This document shows, piece by piece, positions 43,801-57,000 of a stretch of DNA of 64,000 nt. Origin of the DNA: Podarcis liolepis (taxonomy: Eukaryota); NCBI GenBank assembly GCA_965112155.1, contig OZ218109.1; one strand, given 5' to 3'. Position 1 is the first letter of the stretch; each line of letters starts with the position of its first letter. A program made the position numbers and the translations under genes. The notes beneath the pieces were generated by a model. The model was not told the origin of the DNA, did no database searches, and saw nothing but the letters and a program-made list of their open reading frames with translations.

Positions 43801-46800
43801 GCAGTGCTCATCTTGCTTTATTGGCCGAGGGAGCCGGCGTACAGCTTCCGGGTCATGTGGCCAGCATGACTAAGCCGCTTCTGGCGAACCAGAGCAGCGT
43901 ACAGAAACGCCGTTTACCTTCCCGCTGGAGTGGTACCTATTTACCTACTTGCACTTCATGCTTTCGAACTGCTAGATTGGCAGGAACAGGGACTGAGCAG
44001 CGGGAGCTCACCCCGTTGCAGGGATTCGAACCACCAACCTTATGATCGGCAAGCTCTAGGCTCTGTGGCTTAACCCACAGCACCACCTGCGTCCCATTTA
44101 TAAAATAGGTAGTGTCTTTTACTCAGCATATTGTAGTCTCTTAAAACATTTCTGCATCCATTTGAGTTACACAAAGGTCACTGCATCTGGCATAGCCGAT
44201 GAGGAAATTTTTCTCTAGTGCGGTACAGTACAGCAAATGTTATGTTAATCTATGCCCACGAGGTGGCAGCCTACAAACACTTTGCTGAGCTGCAGCAAAC
44301 ATACATTTTACTGTGTGTCTGACAAGCCTTTATAAAATTCAGTGATAGAATTTTATTCTATGATAAATCAATGATTTATAAGTCTGGTGTTCATGACAGT
44401 TCGAACCCCAAGACATAGCGGGCAGTTTGCAGCACTCTCAGCAACAATGCCTCCCTGCCAAAAAACCCTGTTGCATCAACTCTTGGAAATGGGCATTTGA
44501 AATCACTTTTATGTTGCAGGATGTATAAAAACATACTTCAGGACAGCAATTTTCACTATTTTTTTCCTTCCTAGGATGTGCCCAAATTTCTCTCCCTTAT
44601 GCTTTGTAAAATATGTATTTATCACAGTTCCAAAATTACTCAGTTATTTTTCTTTCTTTCTTTAGCAGGGGTCCTTCACTGTTGTTGAGTGTGTGTTCAA
44701 AGGCAGCATGGTGTCTTTGGGCATCAGATTAGGGATCAGAGATTTGAGCTGTTAGAAATGTTCCATCTCCATCCTTCCTCTCTCGTGGCCATTTTGCTTA
44801 GATACTTTGACATGTTTTCGCATCTTGGGGACTTGTTCCAGCCTCTTGATTTAAGGACCGTGTTGCATTACAAGTGAACCCAGTTTTCTTCAGGTCGCTT
44901 GGTACACTTGGAAGTCCAGGGACAGTTGGGGGGGGGGAGAGCACAGACTAAGCTGGTTCCCTCCTCCCCAAGAACCATTAGAGAAATGCTCATATAACAA
45001 AGTCCCCAAGGCCCAAGGGGTCTTTGTTTCATTTTATAGTATATAGCTTTCTTTATTCAATATAGTCGTCTCCTACTTTCAGTCTCTGCTCCCCAATCCT
45101 GTTGTTCTTTACTTTTATATTCCACAGAAATTGCAGGATTCCTTGGAAGTCGTATATGGTCAGCTTTATGAAGTAGAGAGTTCTGAAGGAGCTTTTGAGA
45201 AGTTTGCCGAGTGGAAAAACATTAAGTTGGAGGAATTCAGTAGTGTCAGAAATGCCACAGATGCATCTCTGCAAAATTTGGTGACCTGTTTGAGCAGGAT
45301 AATCCAGGTAAAGACAATGTTACTTTGACTTAAGACAGGCCTTGATTTCACATGTGTGAAAAAAGAGAGAATTGCTTTTTGGCTCCTTCCTTATCAACCC
45401 TATACAGTCCCTGACAGATTACCTTGAGGGAACATGACCCTTAGGCAGAAAAACAGCTGCCCACCCTTGTAGTGGGTATAATGTTAGACTAGGATCTAGG
45501 AGACCAGGATTCTAATTCCCACTCAACCATGAAATTCACCGGGTGAACTTGGGCCAGCCACCATCTGTCAGCCTAAACTACCTCACAGGGCTGTTAAAGG
45601 GAAGGCGTGGGTAGAAATAATAAAAAAGCAAAGTTCAGATCACGAACTTATTTTGTAAAAGCCGTGGCTGAGTGACTACATTTAGCTGCAGAGGGGGGAC
45701 AATTCGTGGCCCTGCAAGTTTTCCCTTCTATGGTTAATGATATCTCTTGGACAGGGATTTGGATCAAGCCTATATGGTAGGGTGGGGAAGAATATTGGGC
45801 TTTTCCTACACTCTGACTTTAACCCAGATAAGGACCTTTTGTCATTGCTTTTTTTTTGGGGGGGGGGTCACATTGGGAGGTTCAAATGTGGAGCTCCAAC
45901 AATAACGTGTAACTTGGCCCTTTGACATTAGCTATCTAAATTGAGATTTGCTGGCCAATGATTCTGGTTTTTTTTTTTTTGGTAATGGAACATGGGAAGG
46001 GTTACTCTGATGAATGGATATTTGGCTATTTCCCTTTCTGCTATTGTTTTGGCTCTTACTTTGGGCAGATTTTTGTGTTAAAATATGAAACGAAACCGTG
46101 TTTATCATTAAGTGGATACACTGTTGGGTTATACTTGGGAAGCTTTCTAGGAACTTGAAAGGTGAAGTGGGAACATAGCATTCGTGTGATGTAGCAAACG
46201 CATTGGAGCAGCTGATAGAACATTCTTTCACCACTCTGGATTTGATGACTAGGGAAGCTCCTATTACAGTCTTTGCTCTGTAACCTTTGACTGGGTGATC
46301 CACTTTTATATAATCATCCTTCGAAAAAAAATATTCTGGGGCAGCTTGTTGCATTCACTGATGATAATGATTAATGATCACTTCTAAGCCCATATAAGTT
46401 TTTTATAGAGCTTTTTAAAAATCCAATACTGTTCCTGCCTGCATGCTCACAATTTAGACTGAGGCAAAAGGAAATATAAATGTGGAGGGTAGAGGAAAAC
46501 AAGCATTGGAGCAGAATGTTCTCTTTGGCAGGAAGGGGAGAGAGGCAAGCCTCCTGCAACTGCTGCTTCTCTGGGCGATGGATGGGGTCAGACTGACCTC
46601 CCTTTTCCCATTCCTTTCTTCCTGGGAGGCAGCTGTCCCAGTCATCTTTTGTTCCCCGGTTGGTGACAGAGACCGGAGTGTGCTTTCCTTCTGTTCTGCA
46701 GCATCAGGACAATTTACAACAAAATCACCAAATATAATATCGTTCATGCACCTTCTACAATCTCATGTTCTTTAGCACTAAGCAGCAGTAGAAAGTATGT

Positions 46801-49800
46801 GTTCCTGTGCAACTGGACTACACACACATTATTAAAACTCACAAATAAAAGTGCTGTTGACTCGAAGTTTTTAGTAAAGAAGCAGGAAACATATGACTGC
46901 CTAAAGCTTTAAAGGGACAGCATCTGACACACCTCTATAGGGAGGGCATTCCACATTTGGGGGGCCATTATTTACTTTGCCAACACTGTTAATATTTGTA
47001 TAGATAACTCCTTTTCTCTTTTAACTATTTACCTTCCAAGTTCTTTGACATGACGTCAGGCATACTTTTGAAATCTGAGGATGTAGGTGACAACATGGAT
47101 GAAGTTCTCAAGAATGCTGAGTTGAACATTTCTCAAGAACTGAACATTTTTCTAACTGTAAGTTAGCTTTCTTCTGTTACAGTACTTTTGTAATGGCTTT
47201 GTGTCTTTTGAGTAAAAGCCATGTCTGAAATTTCCAGTGGAATGTTAGAAGCAGGATTTCCTGCAACAAAATTCCTCAGTCCTAGTCAAATACTGAAAGA
47301 CCATCGTCATAAATCTACCAGCTAATTTAACATGGTGGCCCGTAAGCTAAAATCTCACTTTGAGAGGGGGTGGGAGTTGCGAGTTGCCATATTTCCTGTG
47401 TTTAGTTAACTAGTTTGTCCCCGAATTGAAGCCAGCAGCTTAATAATAATAATAATAATAATAATTTATTATTTGTACCCCGCCCATCTGGCTGGGTTTT
47501 CCCAGCCACTCTGGGCGGCTTCCATAGAAACCAAAAAACACTAAAAAACCCCCACTAAAATATCATACATTAAAAACTTCACTGAACAGGGCTGCCTTAA
47601 GATGTCTTCTGAATGTCAGGTAGTTATTTATCTCCTTGACATCTGATGGGAGGGCGTTCCACAGGGCGGGCGCCACTACCGAAAAGCCCCTCTGCCTGGT
47701 TCCCTGTAGCTTTGCTTCTCGCAATGAGGGAACCGCCAGAAGGCCCTCGGCGCTGGACCTCAGCGTCCGGGCAGAACGATGGGGGTGGAGACGCTCCTTC
47801 TCCCCTTCTGCTTGGGGCCTAAATGGATGAGGGTGGAATTGAATTTGATAGTCACTAACGTCTCCAGGCCCATTTTCTCCCTTGTTTATTGTCTTATTTG
47901 TGGCTGAAGAAGTAGCAAGGTCTTTTTCTCCATCTCCCCTGAGGCCATCATGAGGGTTTGAGTAACTTGCTTCAGGGTATGAATGCACCTTGCCATGCTC
48001 ATCTTCTGAGCCCGGCAGGTGAGGCTGTGACTAACCCCCATTGTGGGGATATAATGAGGCAGTGATTTCCGCCCTGCCTGGGTTAATCACAGTCATTGCC
48101 ATTGGGGGCGTGAAGTGGTGACCCATGCCCCCCCCGGTGGTGATCCCAGGGTTCCCCGTTAAAGGGGTTATTTGAGGGGAGGCATTGGCCATACGCCAAT
48201 AGGTTGTCATTGCTCTCCCCTGTGACAGCGGCAAAATGCAGGGTGGGCTCTCTGTTTGAACATACATTCTCCAGAGCCAGCCCAATCTCCACTCATTCTG
48301 GATAACCCTGATGTTCCCCAGCTCCCCCGCCGGGGACTGGGAAGGATAAACACCCAATGCCTAAGCCAAGGTCTCCCTACATCTGAAGTCTTAATAAAGT
48401 TGTGGCCAATTTTAATACCATAACATAGTGTCTTGAGTCATTATTCCACCCGGGGGTCGCCTGGGGTTGGGGGGACTCCGCCTGTCCACACAATCATTGT
48501 CATTTCTGTTTGGCTGCAGTTCAGCTTCCACCGAAATGTATGTTGTTTGTCTTGCAGTCAGCTATGGCCAAAACTAAACTGTTTAATTACATAACCAATT
48601 TCGACGCATTTCAGTGGAGAGGGGAAGCGTAAGAACCAATGCAGAAAGTAATTTACATGTTTGCAGACTAAGAAAATAATTATAGTGAGTGCCGTGACAT
48701 TCTTAGACATCCCTACCCCAGAGTAAGCTGCATAGTGCCCTATTATCTCCAGGAGCCAAGTGCCTTGATCCAGCTAGGGAAGACCACTTAATGCAAGTAG
48801 GCTTCTATGCTGTTGTTGCTTGCTGGATCAGCAATTGCAGAAATTAATTGGATTCACATAGTGTTGCTTTATATGGAACATGCATTTGAAAAGCTGCTTA
48901 GCTTTGCTCAGCCTTATTTCTTCCTTCTCTGAAAATATTTTTCATGGCTCCATACATAATTTCAAATCAAAAGGTAGCTGGACTTGTTGAGGGGCAGCAG
49001 AACATAACATACCCAAAGACAGTAGTAAAATACACAAACTCTGAATGTTTTTGACATGTGCTCCACACTTGGTTTTTAATACATTGTTGACTGTTCCAGG
49101 TAGAAGAAGCCAAGATAAAAAGCAGCAAACCTCTGATTTACAGTTCAGCTAATGGTTCAATTTGCAGTTCAACTTGTGGTCCTTTTACTGCAGTCTGCTG
49201 CAAAACAGGAGTCCACGATTATTCCTGATTGAATCATTTGACAAACTCACCACATCAGAGCTGCTGAACATTGGGGTGGAGGTTGTGTCCCATGGAAATG
49301 TCAAACTACATTAATTTAAACTGCTTGGTAGCCTCTACTTATTTTACAAATAAAAACTGATAAGCCTTCCCATTAAGAATAGCCTTCATGCCTATAGGTG
49401 TTGAAATCCTCAACCTTCATCTAGCTGCAGGTATGTTATCTGTATGTTTGTGTCTGATTCCATTTAGGAGCTAGATGAAGCAGATAAAAAAATAATCTTG
49501 AACGTGTACAGTGAAGTTATGCAGAAGATCAACCAAGAAAGCAATCTCTTAAGCGTTATATATCACAAGTATCTGGACAGCATCGAGGTCAGTTTGTCAT
49601 ACTTGGTTATTTTTTTGTAGTCTCGGAATTAAAGCAGACCACATCTTGAAACTTTAGGAAAGCTTTTTGGTGATACTGTTTTGTCAATGAATTGCCCTTC
49701 AGCCACTTCAAAAGAAAAATTGGCTTGTAATTATAAAATGACCCATTAATAGATTCCTCTAAACTAGATATTGTTTTATCACTGCCTGAGACTCGGTTGC

Positions 49801-52800
49801 TATTTAAGACATAAAGATGAGTCTAATGTGTGCAAATAGCAATCTTCCTTGAAACTAATTTGAGCAATGAAAATGCCGTTCTTTCACTTCCTTGGTTTCT
49901 TTGTGTTTTTTGTTTTACACTTTAGTTCAAAAAGCAGATAGTGGAGTGGCTGGAGACAAGTCCCAACGTTGACGTTTTGCTACAGATTAAGAAGAGAGTG
50001 AAAAAGCTGAAGGCTCAGCTGAGGTGGAAGCTGGTTGAAAAAAACAACTTGGAAGAAGTATGGAAATAAGTTCTGTTTTTAAAAGGCTTTTCTGTAAGAT
50101 AGAACTAGCAGGCGAGGGAGAGCATTCTGTTAGGGGGGAAAATGGATTGAGTATGTGGAAAAAGCTGGTACTACCTGGCATTTGAGAAATCTCATTTTTT
50201 AACAAAGATGTAATTTATTCACGTAAAACTTAAGGCAAATAAAATCCGAAGGAAAAGTAGATTAAAGCTCAGACAGTTTTTCTCTCATTGCTGAGTGGGT
50301 GGGATGTCAGCAGTGAGCTTGTGCGATAATGGGCCTATAAAACAACGGGATATCAGATTTTCCTTCTGTGTGTGTGCGCGCATGCGCACTATACTGATTC
50401 CACACTATCCTAGCATGTGCTCTCCTCAGGATATCAATGGCTGCTAGTGATGATGGAGCACATACTGCTTCCATGACCAGAGGCACTATGCCTTTCAATG
50501 TTTGGAAGGCTGTCTGCATCCCTTCCGAGCTTCTTGGGTGTTATGATCTGCAGAGGGCACCCTCTTGGGAGTTTTCAGGAATGGCTTCCTGGGTGAGGGG
50601 TTTCTCTATGGCAGTGCCTGCGTTGCGGAGCTCTCCTCCCACAGAACTGTCTCCAGATTCTTTATTGTACAGCTTTTGCTGTAGGCTGAAGATGCAAGTC
50701 TTTGCCCTGGCCTTTGACAGTTAAGGTGTTTTGCTTGTGGGAGGGACCCACCTCTTTCACAGAGTTTATAAATTTGTCTAGTTCTTTTTAAATCTAGTGG
50801 TAAATCTAGAGATTCCAGTGGAAAGGAAGCAGTTCCTCAAATTTAAGAAACAGAAGCTTGGAACAACAAAAGCACCTTTAACAGTTTTCTGCTCTCCAAT
50901 GAGTTCACATTGAAAAGTAGTCTTGGTCTCATCTCAGTTGCAGCAGTATAGGCATCTAAGGCCTCTTTCTGGTGCCACTCTTACATTGAGTTTCCCCATA
51001 TACTATATTGAGTATACTATAACAAGAAGTTGACACTATTCATCTTCTTCCGTCCTGTCCTTGTGTGTGTGGTGTTGTGTTGCATGTTGTATGTGTGTTG
51101 GGCACTGGCACAGAAGTTGCAGCTTACTTTGTTAGGGACAATTAACCTTTCAATTAAACAGCAGCAGTAATCCAAACCCAGGACAACCTTCTGGGATGTT
51201 TTATATCAGGGTGGCCAACTCTGACTTCTCACAGATTCTTCCTCCCCAGCTTTCAGTAGCTTGGCTCCCAAGCTGAACTCAGTGAGCTGTTTCTTTCCTG
51301 ACCCACTGAAGAAGTGGCTGATAGTTTTGTGAATTAGCCCAGGCATATGAAAACATTTATTAATCCTTGTGAATAAGTTGTTATTTTTGAGAAGAAGACA
51401 TTGGTGACAGTTCGGCCATAGAATTGAGTCCCAGTGCCCTTTCCAACTGTGGCATTTTAATTTTGTCTCCACACCACTTTCAAGGAGTAAGAAAGGGTAT
51501 TAACCTAGCAGATGGAAAGCAGGAAAGTACATCCAGTAAATCTGGTGGCTCAGGCCTAGAATGTGTTATTGAAAACCAGTAGTTATTCTCAATGTATAAT
51601 AAGATGGTTACCTGATACAATAATACCTTAATCATCTGAGGTGATGATTTTACATTTCTACCTTTTAGTCTGATGATGACAGTGAGCCCAAAATGGCAAA
51701 AATAAAAGAAGAAATAACTGGACTAAGAAATAATGTATTTGAGGAAATATACAAGGAACAAGAAGAATACGTAAGTGTTCATTTGAATAAGCACCATTGA
51801 AACAAGTAATTACATTGAATAAACTTTTGATTTTTCAGAATGAATTGCATATATTCTTACTGAGTAGGGTGAAGAGGATGATCATTTCTGAATCTAGTGA
51901 AGGCATGCTTACGCACGCAACTTGTAAATTTAAAAAGCTATCACGAGTGGAGAAATGATTATAAATTTCTCTTATCAAAAACCAAGGGCATGTCCCTTTT
52001 ATGGCTTACCCTGGCTTCAATGCGTTCTCATCCCTGTTCTTTGAATCCATGTACACATGACGTTAAGGGGACATGGGTGGTGCTGTGGGTAAAACCTCAG
52101 TGCCTAGGACTTTCTGATCGTAAGGTCGGCGGTTCGAATCCCCGCGGCGGGGTGAGCTCCCATCGTTCGGTCCCTGCTCCTGCCCATCTAGCAGTTCGAA
52201 AGCACTCTTAAGTGCAAGTAGATAAATAGGTACCGCTTTATAGCGGGAAGGTAAACGGCGTTTCCGTGTGCGGCGCTGGTGCTGGCTCGCCAGATGCAGC
52301 TTCGTCACGCTGGCCACGTGACCCCGAAGTGTCTTTGGACAGCGCCGGCTCCCGGCCTCTTGAGCGAGATGAGCGCGCAACCCTAGAGTCGGTCACGACT
52401 GGCCCTGTCAGGCAGGGGGTACCTTTACCTTTACCTTACACATGACGTTACCTACAACCCACAGGTTATCTTGTAGTTTCTACTGAGATGCTGTGTTTGG
52501 ATGTGGTTTTCCCTGGGCCAGCTTTACTCCCTCGTGACTATGCAGTGCATGGCAAATCCCAAGTGTATACAGTTGGACCTAGGCAGTTGAACGGAATCCG
52601 TTGGACATCCAAAACGTTTGGAAACCAAAGTGCAGCTTCTGGTTGGCTTCAGGAAGCTCCTGCAGCCAATTCGAAGCTGCGCTGGACGTTTGGGTTCTAA
52701 AGAATGTTTGCAAACCAGAACACTCACTTCCGGGTTTGCGGTGTTTGGGAGCCAAAACGTTTGAGTACCAAGGCGTTCTGAATCCAAGGAACGACACTAC

Positions 52801-53975
52801 TGTGGAAAGGTTTGCTGGGGGAGATGTGTTGTGCAGGAGAAACAAAAACTGAACTATCTCCAGGAGGCAGCGGAGGAGGATAACGGGTGTAGGGTGCTGC
52901 AAAGAGGCAAAGAACCAAGGAGTGCAACGATCGTCCCAACAATTCAGAGCCCAGAATGCACAAGCACCCCCCATGCCTCTCATACTACTCTCCCCCCCCC
53001 CCCGTGTATCAGTTGCACAAGTTGCCTCTCACAGGGCGGGGGGGAGGATTGCTGGCTTTTAAGAAAGGTGGCTGGAGGCAGGGTAGAGGGATGTGTAAAA
53101 TGCAGAGCTAGAAATGCCAACAAGTCAACTCTGGTGTGTTCCCTTGGACTTTTTTAGTCTCTTATTCAGGAGTAAATCCCATGGCTGCAAATGACAAGCA
53201 CAGGAAGATGATTTGGGGGGGGGGGGCCACAGACGTGGGATAACACCTTCAGTAGGAGTGAGTGGAGGGCCTTTACTTTGTGTTCAATGGAGTAGCTGTG
53301 TCTTCTGTATCATAAAGTGTATGACTTCTGCATTGGGGAATGAGTATAAATCCAGCAGTACCATGTGAAGAGGAATCTAATTACGTACTGATGCTTATCT
53401 GTGAATCACTTCTTCATTTGCAAATTCGCTACTTGCGTGCCACAGGTTAATCTAGTTCCCAACGTATTGCTGTGTTCTGTTTTCATGCTGAGATGGGTAT
53501 TGCAAAAATTTATCTTTTAATTTAGGAGAAGCTCAATCACTTGGTACAGAAATGGTTCCCTGAGCTCCCACTTCTTCATCCTGAAGCAGGAATTCTACAA
53601 TATATGGTAAGAAATATATGGTAAGGATTGTTTTGTTTTGTTTTGGCATTTCTGGAGAGAAAGGTCTGAGGAAACTCCTAGTGGATATAGGTCAGGAATT
53701 ACCAGCTTGGTGCCTGTGGGTGCCTGGTTGTTGGCATTCGTGTATTTTTCTGGATTGGTGGGAGTGGAGATGCTTTTCTGAATGTAGGGCAGGTACTCAA
53801 GTATTCTTTGTGTGGGAGAGAGTGGGAGAGAGGAGGAATATAGGGATGTGTGGTCTCTGAAAAAGAGGGAGAGATGTAGTTGAGGGACAGAAATGGAGAG
53901 GTGGATGTGTTGCTATTTATATGTGAAGCATATGAGACATTTGAACACAAAAGAGAGTGCAGTATGGCCCACCTC

Positions 53976-54025
<50 letters not shown>

Positions 54026-57000
54026 TGCTACTGGGAAATGCCTCCTGCTATTGACTGTAACAGCATCGTTTGGGTGTGTGCGGGGAATAACTATTATGTT
54101 ATATCTCTGTAATCATGACCAGTAGGACATAGCTTACTTGCCATGCTAAATATTGAGGGTGGAGGCCAAGAGAGGACACATCAATGGTTTTACACCCCCT
54201 CAATCTGTGATAGATCATGTCCCTTATGGAAGCCATTTTGTTACAAATTTGAGGCACAGAATGTGCCTGCTGGTTCAGAAAAGGTTGTTGACACCTGTTC
54301 TAGGTTATGATTGTTAAGTTCTGCATTATTTTTACATATTGGCCATCTGCCAGGCCTGCCATTCCTTGTGACCAGGCCGTTCTCAGGGTGCTTCTTATCC
54401 TTTATCCATTAGTTCTTCTCAAAAAATTGCCTGATGGTTCTGTTGCTGTTCATGGTCACCTTGTTTTGTTGGCAGTAAAGCCAATAACATGATTTCCCGT
54501 TAGACCAAAAGGGTAAAATGGCAGGTCTTGTTTATCCTGTTTTAAGATCACAGCAGCTTCTGGATGGAAGAGAAAGGGTACCATTGTGCTAAGATCTTCA
54601 CATCTTGTTTTTAAAAAATAACAAATTTGGGATGGCGTGCTTAGACGTGCTCTCAACTTGGCAGAGAAACACACCAGCCCAAAATAGGAAGTGGTTTCTG
54701 CACATTCATGGGAGCCTTAGTTTGTAAATGAAAAGACAAACAGCCCCCAGCCCACAACGCCCCCTCTCTGCCCCTGCCACTGCTGCATGACAAGAACCTA
54801 GGCTCAGTGGTTTTCAAGACCAGTGGAATTATGGTGTTAATTGACAGGAAAGAAAAGGAGGGCATTGGCTTGTTTTGACCAAGAACAGCTTATAGTATAC
54901 GGTGGATACCCATTTAGTGTACCCAACAGGATTGAGGGGAGGTCAAAAGCTCACTTCTATGTGGAGAAACCCCTTTTCTCCTCTCCAGAAACCTCCTTTC
55001 TTGCTTCAAACCTGATCCCTTTATAGAACAACAAGGAAAGTTTCAGGAGGGTTGGGAAATAAAGAGATACGGCTACCTTTCCCCCTAAACAATGCTGCAA
55101 GGTTCCTGCTCCAAGCTGGTTGTGGAGCCTTGTGCAGGAGTGCTCCAGTTACAGCCCAAGGATACAGGTCCCCCACCTTGTTTATTACCTATAGATAATG
55201 TGACTCTCTTCTGTGATCTACACATATTTATATTTTGTGCAGTGTTGGGATTTATAAGGTGACTGGCAAATCCTGTTTGTTCAGAACTCAGGGGGACTTC
55301 TGACAGTCAGTTTGGAGCGTGATCTTCTAGATGCTGAACCAATGAGAGAACTGAGCACGAAACGTCCTCTGGTTTGCTCAGAAGTTCAAGGGCAGAAGGT
55401 TCTCTTAAAGGTATACTTTCAAGTTCACTTTTTAAAAAGCTAGTAATAAGAGGCAAGTCGATGACTGAACTGGAAAGCTTTCAGGTTTTGAGATATCATT
55501 ATTAAACATCTGGGTGCTTGTTGGTCTCTGCTAAGCCGAAGAAACACATTTCAGGTCTCTAGAATGTGATTTTGTGCCTGAGCAGCTAAGCACTTAGGGA
55601 TTTTTGGAGCCTTGATCTTTGAGTTTGAATAAATCAGCCTTTTAAGTCTAGTTTATGGAGAGTTAGGCTTAGTTATAACCAACCTATTAGAAAGCTCATT
55701 TTCATACAGCTTAGGAACTTTTGGGGGTTGGGGAGGAAAGTCTCAGTCCTTAGTTGCATATACAGAAGCTGTTCATATAGTTGTTATAGTTAGAGCAAGT
55801 CCTGCTGGACAGATAGAAATCCTTTCCAGTCCTATTATTTTAACTGGTTCCTAGGTTTGCCCGGCACCATCACTGTGAAATGGGATGAACATAACACTAA
55901 TCTCAGTTGGTATTTGTCTTGCATTTGAATGGATTTTATGTATGTGCCATTATTGTTTTAAACTGTTTGTGTACTTATACTTGTTTTTATATATGCAATG
56001 GTTTCTGTGTTTATTTAATATACATTCAACTTTCTTTCATATATGTTGTAATTTGCTTCATGATGTCTCTTGGGAAGTGATTCACAAATAAAAGAACTAA
56101 GTAAAATAAATCACAAAGCAGAGTACAATAGATGCTACAAGGAAATTGCAGCCATCTTGATATTTTATAGCCCCACAGCTTTTAACATTCACAAAGTAAG
56201 AAGTAGGTATATGCATTGCATCTCAAATGCAGTGTACAAGTTGTTTGTACACTTTTTAGGGTCTTTTTAAAATGAGAAAAATAACATTTCAAAGTATACC
56301 TATCCAATTCATAGCCAACTTTTTTTTTAACCACCTTAGGGATATGCTGTGGATATGAATACTGAAGCCGAAGTGATAGAAAGAGCAGCAAAGTATCACA
56401 GACTCTGGAGAGAACTGAAGGAAGAATCTGGTTTGATGCAGCTGATGTTTCTATTTTTGTGCAAGGCAAGTTATAAACTGTCCATGCAGTCATTTTTTTT
56501 TTTAGAAAAAGATAAATCTTTAAACCTAATACTTTTACTCAGTAAGCCTTTCTATGATGAATAAAGGTACATATATATAGATATATTTATTGCAGTATGT
56601 GTTAAATAATTGTAGAAATGTTGCAGTAATTTGACATATGATGCACACATATGATACATACCACTTTTTGTGTCCATTAAGTCTGATCCTCTGGCATATC
56701 TGATGGTCCCATATTATGCTGAAGCAAGCCTGGGCATATTGCAGACTACTGCACCTTTAACTCCAGAAGTAAGTAATGTGATCTGGTGGGAGTAGGGTGG
56801 AGAGAGAACACCCCCCTGTTCATTAAGATGTTGATTAACTCAATTCTTACTATAAACTGTTCCATTATGGTATGCAGTGAATCCATGCAGTGAAAACAGG
56901 GCATTTAGTGCTTCATTTTTTGCTCCAATGCTCTGTTTGTCCTCCCACCCCAGTTTCTTTCAAAAAACAACATACTTATTTGCCATATTTTAATATACTG

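Noticed and set aside
44645-44900. Strong pyrimidine tract plus TAGCAG as an extra STK31 exon
   Set aside because: No STK31 homology, no convincing donor, and exons 11 and 12 already join in frame.
55411-56339. Possible U12-type intron (GTATACTTT donor; TTTTAAC close to the acceptor)
   Set aside because: The diagnostic +5 C of GTATCCTT and the CC of the TTCCTTAAC branch site are both missing, so U2 is more likely. An intronIC score would settle it.
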